Source: Rhynchopus sp. YZ270_cl-10
Lineage: Eukaryota
Length of the DNA stretch: 64,000 nt
Direction: 5' to 3'
NCBI GenBank assembly: GCA_964035575.1
Contig: OZ037843.1
Location: 434,001 to 498,000, forward strand
This document shows positions 1-15,330 of the stretch, piece after piece. The position numbers and the translations under genes were made by a program. The notes under the pieces are model-generated. The model searched no databases. It saw only the letters and a list, made by a program, of their open reading frames with translations, and had not been told where the DNA came from. How positions within the stretch are numbered: the stretch's first letter is position 1; every line of letters starts with the position of its first letter.

Positions 1-520
1 CAGGGGAATTGGGAGGACTGCTCGAAGGAGAATGTGGATCTCCTCAGTGGAATGGCTCGGGCCTCCTTGGCCCCAGAATTTCGGTGTTTGGTCGAGCGTG
101 TGAAGACCCCCCACCAGTCCCCTGGTGGGGTCGAGTGATGCGAAAACGTTCTGCACCAGCAAAAAGACGGCTATTTGTGCAAAAACGAAACAGTTGGCCC
201 AGGAGCACATGGTTGACGATGACGTCACATTTGTGAGTCCTACAAAAGTCTGACAAAATTGCGATCTTTTTTTCCTTTTTTGCAGATGCATCGAGCTTCT
301 GAAGCATAGATTACGGAACAGACCTGTTGCTTAAACAGTGTTGAAAATCGGAAACTACTCTCCAGAATGACGAAGCTTTATCAGCCGAGGCTGACTTCAC
401 CCGAGTGAAGCTGGAGTGCAATGAAGCCAAATAACGGTGAAGTGATGATCTGTGGTTTTCACCGTTGGCTTACAACACGCGAAACACCACAAGAAAAACT
501 TTGCTTCACCGTGTGGCTCC
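1..520 (+). pseudogene. Possible degraded 3' end of a transposase gene
   Basis: Broken frames with an apparent small intron (GTGAGT ~233 to polyY-GCAG ~285) and a SAEADFTRVKL stretch (~381-413) loosely resembling the hAT ERxFS motif. A GCGCCTGCGGCGC module shared with other elements lies at ~883. Confidence 0.25.
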
Positions 521-1245
521 AGATCAGAGACTTTACGTGGGAGCGAAATCTGGACAATGCAGACTGCATACGTGGCAGCTACATTAATACAACAGATTTG
601 TCAAAAAAAAAGGGATGATGTAACATAACACAATGAGCCCACCGTCTGTGCGGAGGACTGTAAAAGTTCAGGCACTCCGCTAGGTACTAAAGTTCTGTTG
701 ATTGTCAACAGAACTTTTTGAAAATGGGGGAAAAAAGAAAAAAAAAAAAAGTTCTGCTAAGTGGTTCAGACCCGTTCTACCTGTCAAAAAAGCTCAGGAG
801 AAGAAGATATGGAGAGGTGAGTGCTCAAACGTCCCAAAAAAGTCAAAATCGGGCGTTGGTAAAAAAAAAAGTTGCGTACCGTGCGCCTGCGGCGCAAGCA
901 TGTACCCCACCAACGTGGACCATCAACAGAATATTTTCAAAATCGGAAATCCTAGCGGAGAGCCTGTAAAAGTTGCAAAAAAAAAAAAAAAAAACTAAAA
1001 CACGAAGTTGCCGAGGCATGGCAACTCTAATGAGCGAGCTCTAGACACAGTAAAGCACAAAAAATAAACACAAAGCACACGAAAAACGTTACCTGGAGGA
1101 GGGGGTATATTTTTTTTGGGAAAGCCCGAGCACAGATATCCGTTGTCGGTACCACCACCTTTAACACTTGGTCCAAAATTGATCATAAAATACACAAAAA
1201 AATAAAATCCTCTCTCTCTCTCTCTCCTCCCCGTTCTCCTTTTTT

Positions 1246-4589
<3,344 letters not shown>

Positions 4590-6288
4590 GATTGCTTTTT
4601 TTTCCCCCACCTTTTTTGGATGTCGTTTTATTTTTATGTGTTTTTTGAAAAAATATAGAGGTGCGCATTGCGGGGGTTGTTGCGAAATTCGCGTGATTTC
4701 TGACCCCCCGAGGAGTGGTTTTTTTAGTGGACAAAAGAGGCAATGAAGTGCTTTTTGACTGTAGAGGAAGCGGAGACAGCGGAAGCAGCAGAGAACGAGC
4801 AGAGGGGACGGCACACACAGTACATGCCAAAAAAAATCCTGAAATATTAGAACTCGCCAATGGGATGCTCAACGCTGCGACCGAGGTAGCGCGCAGGAGG
4901 CGGGATGATATCGGGCGTATTCCGTGTACGTAGTATCGTGGGCTGTTATACCTACCGTGTAGGTATAACAGCCCACGAAATAAAAGACGCCCTAGAAAAT
5001 TTGGTCCATTTTTTTTTTTTTTTAAACACGCGGTGAAATTTATTGAGGTACAAAGTAGTATTCGAGTATGGTCTAACGGAAGCGGGTTGTGTGGAAATTG
5101 GATGACAGTCGTAGTCTCTAAGTCTGGGGGGTGCATCAAATGAGGCCCGTCAGGAGGAGATGGCAGATGCGGGAAAATGGGGTTTTGATATTCAGAGAGG
5201 TTTGTAAGAGAGAAACTGCCGTTCGGAGGAAAAAAAGAGAAAAAAAAAAAAACAAAAGAGCTTTTTTTAAAAAAACGTTTTGCTGGGTACTTTTTTTTTG
5301 TGGAATGTATAACTAAAATGGGTTCGGATGAACCTGAACTCCCTCCTTCCTTTTTGTATATTCGAGAAATAGAAAGAAATCACAGAACGAAGGTGCCTCT
5401 TTGTGCACACCTACACACATTATTTGGAGCCATATTTCTGCACAAGAATTACCCCTTTTAGTTATCAAACACACACCTTTGGTGCCATATTCTGCGCAAG
5501 AATATGCCCCCAATGTGTATGTGTGCACAAGAGGCACTATGACAAAAGGAATAAGGCCTCAATATTACCACACACTTGGCATTGTGTTCCACTGTTGCGA
5601 ACTACCGGCTTTTCGCTTTTTCAAACACATCACCTTAATAAAAGGACGTGAACCTTACTACGCGCGAGGGTACACCTTTGGAACTATCCCCATTCTTGCT
5701 TTTTGCAGTTTCGACAATCACCTGTCCGAGGACGGGTTCTGTACACACAAAGTCGCCCGAAGGCAAATTCTGCTTTTTTTTTGAAAACTTGGTTTGTATT
5801 AGTGTAGCCACCCTAGAGTGTGCTCCGCTAACTAGATTTTTTTTCTTCTTCCCGATTGGGGGACGGGGTGCCAGGGAAGCATCTTCACGCCCCCAATCGC
5901 TCAATAACATTCTAAGTAGGAAAAAAAATTGAAATACAACAGCCCGCTCGTGAACAGTGTACCTTTAATACACTGACCGGCTGTACCGGGGGATGGACCA
6001 CCATGCAGTCCTACAATTCATTTCGTGGTTCACATCAAAAAAAAATTGGAAAAATGGAAGGAGAAAAAATAGGTGGGAGGGAAAACACACACGCGTGCAC
6101 GGGAAGGGGGGGCTGGGCATTCAATAAAGTGAGGGGGGTTTTGTTTTGCCGCCTCAGTTAATGAGCAGTGCGTAACAAAAAAAAAATGTTGCGCACAGCA
6201 AAAAAAAAAAATGAAATGCACAGAGAGCCCGTTTTGCACGCAACGAGATGCAATGGAACACTAATGGAAAAAAAAAGGGGGGGGAGGG

Positions 6289-6790
6289 CAGTCTGCAGAC
6301 TAAGGATTGGGGGGTCTGGTAAGTAATTAATTAAATGGCTAGTCTGCACGGGGTTTCGTAACCAACAATACAGGCGAAAACGCCGTTATTTGCATTTTTG
6401 AGCCAATCCCAGTCAGTGGTGGGGTCAATCTGAAGAAATGGGCAAAATTTTAATGACTTAAATTTTGGACAATATGAGCCCGGTCACTAATAGCTGGGGC
6501 CGATTTTCGGCCAAAAATTTCCTCAAAATCCGGGTTTGTAATAATAAATTATTGACTTCACCTTCGGTTACCCTACAGCGGGGGGTGAAGGAAGGTTGTG
6601 GAAAAGGGTCCTTATTTGCATTTTTGGGATCCGCCCGTGCAGTGGTGGGGTCAATCTCAAAAATTGGACAATTTTTTGACCACTTAAATTTTGAAAAATA
6701 TGGGCCCGGTCACTAATACGTGGGGCCATTTTTCAAAAATATCGGGGTGGTATGGTAAGTAAGTAAATGAAAAAATTAGTCTGCAGTCTG
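6289..6790. mobile_element. Non-autonomous hAT-type MITE, family A copy 1
   Basis: TIR CAG(T/A)CTGCAGACTAA and 8-bp TSD GGGGAGGG; inverted copy at 41443-41922. Confidence 0.9.
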
Positions 6791-7490
6791 GGGGAGGGGG
6801 AAACACAAAAAGAAAAAATAAAAAAAGAGTAGTTGAAAAACGTGCTAAAAACGTATCTCCGTCGTGCTCAATGCAAAGAGTGAGACGCGAGTGATACGTA
6901 CTGTAAGAGAACGGAGGCGGTTCACAACCGTTCGGCGAAACAAGCGAGAAAAGAAAAACACACACACACACAAACTCAGGACTAAGCCTTGGAAGCAGGA
7001 CTCTCAAGATCCTCCACAAAAAAAAAAGGCAGAATTTCGAAATGAGGAGGATTTCATTTTTGTAAAAGCCCCCCCCCAAAAAAATCTCCCCCCTACGTGG
7101 AGGATCTTGAGAGCACTGTTCAGAAGAAATGATACACCAGTGCAGTGCCGTCATCTTCAACAGAAAAGAAGGGGTGGGGGGGTAGTTTGACAGGCGACCG
7201 GGCTACATGAAATCATCGTTCATGCATAGGGCCTGCCTTCCTCTCAATCCATTGCTAGGTGTTTGGGGGAGGAAATGAACCTAAGCCTCGCGAGTTTAAT
7301 CACCTTGAAAACAAATTTTGACAAAAAACAACGCCCCAAAAAAAAGCCTTGCAATGTGTCTTCCTTCTCATTCTTTTTGAAAAGAAAATGTTTGTTTAGA
7401 TGAACATTAAGCCTCGCTGTTTAGTTCACCTTTCATCCACAAAAAAAAAAGGGGGGGGGTTACACCATTCCCCCTAAGGGCCATCCCCCC

Positions 7491-10088
7491 CTAAGGCCAC
7501 AACGCTTGAATCTTCTTCCCCAACTCCTCCCAGGTGATTGTCGTGTTGGTTCCGGGGTCGCATTGGGTAGCGTCCTGGAATGCTCCGCTCCTTTCCGTTT
7601 CATTCTCGGTTTTGAGATACACAGTTCCGCTCAGGCCTCCGAGGGTTTTGGGTCCACAGACTTGGGAGTGCCCGAGCATTTCGTTGTTGAGGAAATAGTC
7701 TGTTTCGTATCCTGCGACTTGGAAGGCGGGGGCTGCGTCGATCATGAGGTTGTTTGACATGTTGCGCATATCGCCGTCACGGTATTTGAACGTCCCGAGG
7801 TACACTGTGTTGAAGGAGTCAAAGTAATATGAGGAGCCATCATCGTGGTCTACGTTCCATCCAGCAGGTCCGATCCACATATTGCGGGTGATGTGCATCG
7901 GTTTGGGGAGGAAGCAGAGCTTGGTAGCGTCATCGATGCAACGCCACACCCAATCACGGCGGTCCCAGCTGTTGAAGGTCCCGTGGTCGCCGCTCTCGCG
8001 GACCATGTTGAAGACGAGGTTGCCAGATACAACATCCCCTCCCGCGAACCCATCGTTAAAGTTGATTCCTGCGCGCGGTCCGTTATAGCATAGGTTGTTA
8101 CTAATGATGGTACCAGAGGTGATCGATTTGAAGTAGCAGGAGGTCTGCTTCATATAAACTCCGACAGTGTCAATCCAGTTGGAGTCGATGATTGTGTTTT
8201 GAGGGAAGGTGGGGGAAAGGGCGTCGGCGAGCTTGGTAGAACCAACAGCAAGGATGGCAGAGTCGCCGGTACGCCAGAAGTCGGAGTTGGTGACGCTGGA
8301 GTTGACAACATAGGAGGAGAAGAACACAGCGTTGCCACCTACCTGGTCGAATTTGACGTTGTCCACTGAGATGCGCTCCGCGTTTTGCACGAAGACTGCA
8401 GCCCCACGGTGGACGCTCCAGTCTCCTCCGGAAGGGATTTCGTAGCTATCCAAATATGTCGGGGCAGACCCGGTCACATTAACGTTACGGAGTGTCAGGT
8501 CGTGGACCGGGGTTTCCATGGTAGACCCGAAGGCGGAGAACAGCGTCTTCTGCTGAGGCACCTCGGCCACGAGGGGGTTTCCTGAGAGAATCGATTTGTA
8601 GGTTTGCGCATCAGGTTTGTAGTATAGCGTCCGTGCGGTGGTGTCGTAGTACCATTCATCGGCAACGTCCAGCTCTTCCGCAACGTTTTCAACGTAGAAT
8701 TTCCCGCAGGATTCCCCACCGCGCCCCTCCTGGTTGCCTCCCCTCGAAAACGTCATGACCGATCCCGAAATTTTTTCGGTCTCGAAAGCCCAAGACCCCC
8801 ATCCGTTTGGGTGGTACATCTTCACAACAACGTTGCTGGGGTTTTTCCATGAGGCCATTCTTTCCGCGACATCGGCTGCACTAATATTAACGGAACGAAG
8901 AGATGTATCGTTGAAAAAGGGGTGGTTGTATGTCTCGTTGAAGCGGGTAGAGTGGTACAGAGTTTGGTCGGTTTTGCCGTTGTTTAGTGTGCGTGGTGAA
9001 GTCGCGTCGGAGACGGTGATGTGTGCTGCAGGATTTGTCATCTTTGTGATGAACTTTCCGGTAGCAGAGTACACAGAGCTGTTCAAAGGGTACGCCACGG
9101 AGGGGTTGGGGATGAGCTCCAGAACCTTGCAGCCGTCCGCGTATCCATCTCTGGGCTTGAGCTGGTCGCCGTTTGGGTAGCGTGCGCGGGTCTGCCTCAC
9201 GCCGTCCACAAAGAGCTCCGCAAAATCCTCTACCCCTGCAGGGACGGTACACTGCAGCACCCCGCTCGTTGCAAAGACACGTTCCGAAGCCTGCCACGAA
9301 CAGTTCAGGTTGACATTCCCCGAGAGGCTCGTCGGTGCATCACTGGAGCCCTCCCATACATTAGGTCTTCCAGGAATTCCACTATCCCTCTCGCCAAGGT
9401 TCAGCGAACCTGACAGATAGTGGACCCCGGGAAGGAGGTTCACGGTGACCCCTGGAGACATCGTTCTGACCAAATCTCTTGCAGTGTGGAGCGATTTTAA
9501 GGCGGTGGTTTCGGTCAGTCCGTTTTGTGTGTCATCTCCGGTCGGGCTGACATAGATGTTCTGTGAAGTGCTTTTCGTTGTAATTTTTTCTTTCTTTGCG
9601 GAAAGTGCCGGCGCAGGGCACCCCGTTGGAAAGGCTAACGATGCGAACACATGATCCACCGCACGCTTGTTGAGACGCTCCGCAAAGAGGAGCGCCTGCT
9701 GTTTCACGACACATTCCTTACTGCTTGTCCCAGATGGCGTTGGTGGGGTGGGGGACGGTGGTGGAACCTGCCCTGGATATCCAGAAATGACATTGGTCTG
9801 TGCGATGGGATCCCAGAGCCCGTCTACTCGAGCATAGCACATTGTGGCCCACTGAGAGGTGCCTGCGGGGAAGTATGCGAAGGAGCCACAGCCTAATGAG
9901 GAGCGGGTCGCGTCGCAGAGATCCTGGCACGCCTGGACAGAGGGGAACTTCCCAATGAGCTTTGCCTGTGAGCTGTTCGCGCCGGGGGAGTCGACCAAGC
10001 CTTTTACATCATTCACGTTCTTCACAACGTGCCAATCATCCGCAAAGCAGGAAGCTGCCAGAAGCACAACCACACTGGGTGTGCGCAT
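7491..10088 (-). CDS. Secreted right-handed parallel beta-helix protein (GH141-like) with N-terminal PAN/Apple-like Cys domain
   Basis: 865-aa ORF with signal peptide, Cys-rich domain and Pro linker; motifs IYVSPTGDD, LFVDGVRQTRARYPN, FYVENVAEELD..EWYYD; many beta-helix turns. Confidence 0.75.
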   Translation of the reverse strand: MRTPSVVVLLAASCFADDWHVVKNVNDVKGLVDSPGANSSQAKLIGKFPSVQACQDLCDATRSSLGCGSFAYFPAGTSQWATMCYARVDGLWDPIAQTNVISGYPGQVPPPSPTPPTPSGTSSKECVVKQQALLFAERLNKRAVDHVFASLAFPTGCPAPALSAKKEKITTKSTSQNIYVSPTGDDTQNGLTETTALKSLHTARDLVRTMSPGVTVNLLPGVHYLSGSLNLGERDSGIPGRPNVWEGSSDAPTSLSGNVNLNCSWQASERVFATSGVLQCTVPAGVEDFAELFVDGVRQTRARYPNGDQLKPRDGYADGCKVLELIPNPSVAYPLNSSVYSATGKFITKMTNPAAHITVSDATSPRTLNNGKTDQTLYHSTRFNETYNHPFFNDTSLRSVNISAADVAERMASWKNPSNVVVKMYHPNGWGSWAFETEKISGSVMTFSRGGNQEGRGGESCGKFYVENVAEELDVADEWYYDTTARTLYYKPDAQTYKSILSGNPLVAEVPQQKTLFSAFGSTMETPVHDLTLRNVNVTGSAPTYLDSYEIPSGGDWSVHRGAAVFVQNAERISVDNVKFDQVGGNAVFFSSYVVNSSVTNSDFWRTGDSAILAVGSTKLADALSPTFPQNTIIDSNWIDTVGVYMKQTSCYFKSITSGTIISNNLCYNGPRAGINFNDGFAGGDVVSGNLVFNMVRESGDHGTFNSWDRRDWVWRCIDDATKLCFLPKPMHITRNMWIGPAGWNVDHDDGSSYYFDSFNTVYLGTFKYRDGDMRNMSNNLMIDAAPAFQVAGYETDYFLNNEMLGHSQVCGPKTLGGLSGTVYLKTENETERSGAFQDATQCDPGTNTTITWEELGKKIQALWP

Positions 10089-10151
10089 TGGAAGAGAGCT
10101 GGTGGTGGTCTGTGAAGAATATGGGGATAAATGAGGAGCGGGGGAGGGGGG

Positions 10152-10258
10152 TAATGGTGGCAGTATTGTGATGGGGGCCCATTGGAATACGTATTGTAAT
10201 GTATTTTGATGTATTTTGCGTATTCCAATGGGCTCCCATCACAATACTGCCGCCATTA
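10152..10258. repeat. Hairpin/mini-MITE (~40-bp arms)
   Basis: TAATGGTGGCAGTATTGTGATGGG...CCCATCACAATACTGCCGCCATTA, flanked by GGGAGGGGGG on both sides. Confidence 0.7.
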
Positions 10259-10271
10259 GGGAGGGGGGAGG

Positions 10272-10393
10272 TAGTGATAGCTGTATTTGTGATAACTGCC
10301 CATCATAATACATAATGCACATCACAATACAGCTTGTATTGTGATGTGTGTTATGTATTATGATGGGCAGTTATCACAATACAGCTATCACTA
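10272..10393. repeat. Near-perfect palindrome/mini-MITE (~58-bp arms)
   Basis: TAGTGATAGCTGTATT...AATACAGCTATCACTA, flanked by GGGGAGG on both sides. Confidence 0.75.
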
Positions 10394-10615
10394 GGGGAGG
10401 GGCAGATGGGGAATGATCCAAAAGGGGGGTGGGTTGGTGTGGAGATTGTGTGGGGGGGGTGCTTTTTTTTTTTTGGGGGGGGGACAGCCTCGCCCCCCGG
10501 GGGACAGGCGTTTATGAGTTGTGTATGTGCTGGATCAGTTCTCTCACAGCTGGAAAGCTAGAGAGGGAGGGAGAGGGAGAGAGGTTGGGGGGGGGATGCA
10601 AAAACGTCAGAAGAT

Positions 10616-10772
10616 GGTGTGGCTGAAAAGGGGGGGAGTGATTCGCATTTGTTGCGCACTTTTTGCGCCCTTTTTTGTACCCCACACCAAAAAAATTTCG
10701 GGGGCTGATTCGCATTTGCGCGCTTTTTTGCACACTTCTGCTCACTTTATGCACCCCCTATACAGCCACACC
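10616..10772. mobile_element. Small MITE with GGTGTGGCTG ends
   Basis: TIR GGTGTGGCTG..AGGGGG with AT on both sides (or an AAG TSD if AT belongs to the TIR); internal GATTCGCATTTG twice. Confidence 0.5.
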
Positions 10773-11730
10773 ATAAGAGCAAGCATGTCCTTAAATCCGG
10801 GAAAAATCAGGATTTTTCTGATTTTTAAATCTCAAAATTTTCTTATAGAAAAAAAAAAATTTCGCGCTGCGCGCGAAAATTTTTCGCGCACAACAGGAGA
10901 AGATATTTTTTTTGTTGTTGTAGTCCCGCAGTGCGGGGTGGTCACATTTTTCTCCCCACCACAGTGCCTTATCCAAGAATCAGATTTCAAGATTTTTGGG
11001 GTCAGTTTGTGTTTCCCCCAAGATGTTTTTCAGTTCTGACCAGCGAAGACATTGGGAACATAGGGAACTGTATTTTATTTTCCTTTTGCGGAGCAAAAGG
11101 AATAACACAAAATGGCGCCGCAGGCGAAAAAATAATAGGGTACGGTGTAAAATGTAGCTTTTCACACTACAGAGTCAGTCAACGAACCCTTTTTTGCGGA
11201 GCAAAAAAGAAATAAATAATGGCGCCGCAGGCAAAAATAAAAACTGTTATCTGAGTTTAAGCTAGTCTGATAAAGAAAGAAACGAAATCAGAAAAAGAAT
11301 TTTTCGTTGATCGCACCGGATTTTTGTGGAGTGTGTAGGGACAAAATCAAAAACTTTTCTGTGAATAAGTTGTGTCGTGTTTACATCGCTCACACCAAAA
11401 AATTCGGGCACAACTCAGATATGTTTTCATTTCCTCCCCTACAACCTTTGCAAGGCAGTTGTCACAAAAAAAAATCAGGGGGCAACCTGGGATTTCACGG
11501 TGCGGTCAGTAACTCAGTTCCCCAGGGTACTCCCGTGGTTCAACCACTGTTCTACCAGGAAATTATTCCGACCTCCCTAAATAAGACACTGCCCCATATC
11601 CATATGAAAATTTTTTCACCGGCAAAAATAAAATTTTCTTATAGAAAATCCTGAATCCTAAATCCGATTTAGAGGACAGCATGCATAAGAGGTAAAAAAA
11701 AAAATTAGGGGTAAAGGGGGGGTAAAGGTA

Positions 11731-12840
11731 AGGGTCCCCCTTTTCAGCTTTTGAAATAATAAAAGACATAAAAGACATAAAAGACGTTAAAAGACGTTAA
11801 AAGACATAAAAGACATAAAAGACATGTTAAAAGACATGCAGTACACTTCCGGCTGTGCCTTGCTGTTGGCCTGAATTACACGGCTGCTGCATACCCCCTC
11901 GTCCGTGAGGAAGTGACCCAACTCAGCAAGAACGCCTTCGTGGGCCTCCTCCTTGAACAACTCGTAACGGCCGTCTCTGGCTTTGCCAGCAGGTCTGTCT
12001 GTTACCCTGTTAGAACACCAGGATGTGAGCCTGAAGCGCAGGCTTTCTCGTTCATATCTGACTCGAACGCGTACGTCGTCGCCAACACCACTGTGTCATT
12101 TCCCAGGTACTGCTTGCTGTTTCTGTCTTGAACCACGGTAAGAAGTGTCACTTCGAGACACTTCTTACCGGGGTTTGGGTTGAAACTCGTGGTTTCTGGT
12201 GAATAACGCCGGTTTTCCCATAGAACCCTTAAGAAACGCACGTTTCTAAGGCATTTTACACCAAAAATCGCTATACGAAAATAGGAATTTAGTTGAATTC
12301 TAAACACCTCGATTTTTGGCCCAATCTTTCCAACGCCGAAAAAATCTGACATTTGGTGCCTTTGCGTAAGTTGATTTTTGGTGAACCATGTATGGGCGAA
12401 GGGGTGAGGGGACGATAGCGGAAGCAATTTAGTTTTGCGAATCCTAAAACTCTCTGCCTCGTGGAGTTAACACAAACGAACGGAACTCAACGAACCGAAC
12501 CGATCTGAACGCATGGTAAGCTAGATAAAACACGTGTGTGGTGACAAAACGCAACGCTGTTCATAGGTTTCGTTGGCCGTTTTTGCTCACAAACGACCCA
12601 AAAACGACCTTCTGTGTGACCACACATGGTTCTGACACCCCAGAATCGCTTTTCCCAGCCCACATAGCCAGGTATGGAGCCAAAAAACCACCCAAAAAGG
12701 TGAAAATCCCGGGTTTACAAACGCTGTATGTCTTTTATGTGTCTTTTATGTCTTTTAAGCGAAAAAGTGGAATTTTAAAAGACGATAAAAGACATAAAAG
12801 ACGTCTTTTAAAAGACATGTTAAAAGACAAGGGGGACCCT
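11731..12840. mobile_element. Non-autonomous TIR element with TA target duplication (Tc1/mariner-like)
   Basis: TIR AGGGTCCCCCTT, TA on both sides, and subterminal arrays of AAAAGACAT/AAAAGACGT at both ends. Confidence 0.75.
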
Positions 12841-13266
12841 TAGGTAAAGGGGGGGTGGGGGATAAAACAATTATCCCCCGTTTTTTCTCCCCCATTTTGT
12901 TTTATTTTATCCCCCACTACAGTTATCCCCCACTTCCCACACCGCGTTTTTGGTGTGGATTTTCCTTGGGGATGGGGATATTCAGATGGGAAAAAAGAGA
13001 TATTTTTTTTTCATCCCCCACTACAACTATCCCCCATTTTTTGAGAAGAAAAAACTGGCGATATTTTTTATTTTATCTGCCATTCTACAGTTATCCCCCA
13101 CTACAATTATCCCTCCCCCCCCTTCAGTCCTCCGCACAGACGGTAGACTCATTGTGTTATGTTACATCCCCTTTATGTATCCAAGCCTTGTGGCGTAACT
13201 ACAGTGACCAGCACGCACAGATGTTTTTCACACCAAGTCTCGTCAACACCTTGTCGCGTGAGCGTA

Positions 13267-15330
13267 CTAATACACACTCTCTCTACTGCCGCACTTCGTA
13301 TCAACTCTGTAGCACTCCTTGTACGGAACGAGAACCTTCTCGACAGCAGACAGCAGTGTTGTGCCCTCGGGAGGCTCGAACAGACACACCACACCGTCGC
13401 GCACAGCCTCTTCGCACAGCGTCCAGCTCCGGCGCACGCACCGGCCCATCACCGTCACAAAGCGCTGCTTGCGTGCCCCCACATCACCATGCTGGATCAG
13501 CCCGCTTGCGAGGCCAACACCGTGCAGGGTTGCCTTCACGACCATGCGTTGTGCAAAGCGGATCGCGTTCTCCATGTGTGCAGGGGCAGGGCGGCTTACG
13601 TTCCACGACACGCAGACACGGCTGCCAAACAGGGTCACTAGATTTCCTTTGCTCTGCTCCAGTGCGACAGTGAGTGTCGAGAGGCACGCACTCGCTGCTT
13701 CCAGTGCACTAAAGTGACTCTCATTCACTGCAAACTCAGTGACACCCACAGTGCCTGTCACCTGTCGCACGACACGTGCACTGCGTGGCAGTTCGAACGT
13801 GGATGATGCGTGGCTCTCGTGCATCTCTTCCACATCCGCTTCGCAAAGTGCTCGCCCCTTCCGCCCCCCAAGCGACACAGGCCACACAGGACACACAAAT
13901 ATCGTATCACTCACGCCCTTCAGTTCAAGTGATTCTGTCTCACCCACAACAGCACTGCACGCAGCACAGTCAGACGTCCACAGATCAGAGGGCACAGCAA
14001 CAGCCCCAGGCATGCATGTGCTCTCAAGTCGTGACGCAACGTTGACAGTGTGTCCGAAGTAGTCTGTCCGTCCAGTGAGTGCGTTCTGTTCGATGGCGAC
14101 AGGGCCGGTGTTGACACCAATACGCACAGTGAGGCCACCCCACAGAGAGTCTTGTGGTGTGCAGATGGGGACGTTGAGGAGCGATGCAGGCCAGTCCGCG
14201 TGGAGCAGCTTCTCGTGTACCTGTAGAGCAAAGTTTATCCCGTCTGCTGTTGTTTCGAAGGCAATCATGAAGGCGTCACCTATCGTCTTCACTTCGTACC
14301 CACCAAACACCTGCATCACCTCACGCATCACGCGGTTGTGGGTATTCAGCGCAGCACGCATCCCGTCAGGTGCACACTCCCAGATCGACGTCGACGCACG
14401 GATGTCTGTGAACACGATCGTTGCCGTCTCAGTCTCGAGCCCAGGTGGTGCCACAGATGTGTGCTGCACACCGTCCACCTCATCTTCCTCAAACAGCGCA
14501 GCAGGGAGGTAGGGACGGTACTTCCGCAGGTTCTCCTCCAACGTCTGCAGCGTTGCGCGCATCTCCTCTGGGAGCAACGTCTCTTGCGCCTCCAGCATGC
14601 GTGCCACGCCTTCCACGTCGTACCCAGCCAGGAGCGAGGCGATGTCCTGCACTGTTGCTATGGTCCGCTGCATGGCTTCCTGCTCCTTCAGGATAGCACG
14701 AGCAAAGCCTCGCGTTGCGATGAAGTCGATGACAAAAACGAGCAGTCCAGTCAACAGCGGGGCCACGGCATTCTTCGAGCACGGCAACTTCTCACACTCC
14801 ACCCTCGCTTGCAACGTATCGCGCCTGCCATACTCACCCTCCTGGGGCGGCAGGCCTGGGATGTCAAACAGCCCAAACCTGAACTGTTCTTCTGCAGCCA
14901 TTGTAACCAACCACACGACGGTGCAAGCCACAAGAGCCACACTGTACCGTGTCTCCACCTGCATCACAAGAAGGAAGTCCACCACAATCACGAGCGGTGC
15001 CCAGAATACTTTATCCTTTACACGAGAGTCTATGTCAGAGAGCAGTACTGACGTGGCAAAGCAGTATGCGTTGACGACGACGAAGGTCTGGGTGATGTGC
15101 ACTCTGCACACCACAGCAACAATCCCGACGAATGCGACGAGCATGGCTGAAGACACAATGACGCCGACAAGTGGTACCACCACTAGGTGTCTTGGATCAA
15201 CGAACACGTAGGCAGCCAGGAACACAAATAAGGCTGCATTAATTGAGAAGTACATCGTCCGCTTGCGTTCATCCTCTTTGCTAAGTGTCCCATCAAGGGA
15301 CAGCACGTTCGCAAGACGGGCGCAGCGCAT
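13267..15330 (-). CDS. Multi-pass membrane class III adenylate cyclase (intact domain plus degenerate second domain)
   Basis: About 6 TM segments, then VFTDIRAST, YEVKTIGDAFM, VRIGVNTG and DYFGHTVNVASR; the C-terminal cyclase-like domain lacks these residues. Confidence 0.9.
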   Translation of the reverse strand: MRCARLANVLSLDGTLSKEDERKRTMYFSINAALFVFLAAYVFVDPRHLVVVPLVGVIVSSAMLVAFVGIVAVVCRVHITQTFVVVNAYCFATSVLLSDIDSRVKDKVFWAPLVIVVDFLLVMQVETRYSVALVACTVVWLVTMAAEEQFRFGLFDIPGLPPQEGEYGRRDTLQARVECEKLPCSKNAVAPLLTGLLVFVIDFIATRGFARAILKEQEAMQRTIATVQDIASLLAGYDVEGVARMLEAQETLLPEEMRATLQTLEENLRKYRPYLPAALFEEDEVDGVQHTSVAPPGLETETATIVFTDIRASTSIWECAPDGMRAALNTHNRVMREVMQVFGGYEVKTIGDAFMIAFETTADGINFALQVHEKLLHADWPASLLNVPICTPQDSLWGGLTVRIGVNTGPVAIEQNALTGRTDYFGHTVNVASRLESTCMPGAVAVPSDLWTSDCAACSAVVGETESLELKGVSDTIFVCPVWPVSLGGRKGRALCEADVEEMHESHASSTFELPRSARVVRQVTGTVGVTEFAVNESHFSALEAASACLSTLTVALEQSKGNLVTLFGSRVCVSWNVSRPAPAHMENAIRFAQRMVVKATLHGVGLASGLIQHGDVGARKQRFVTVMGRCVRRSWTLCEEAVRDGVVCLFEPPEGTTLLSAVEKVLVPYKECYRVDTKCGSRESVY

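Noticed and set aside
4590..4814. N-terminal extensions of the ORF-track calls 3636..4814 and 16665..18476
   Set aside because: These are low-complexity A/T-run sequence upstream of better ATGs (4589 and 18383); paralogue alignment supports 18383.
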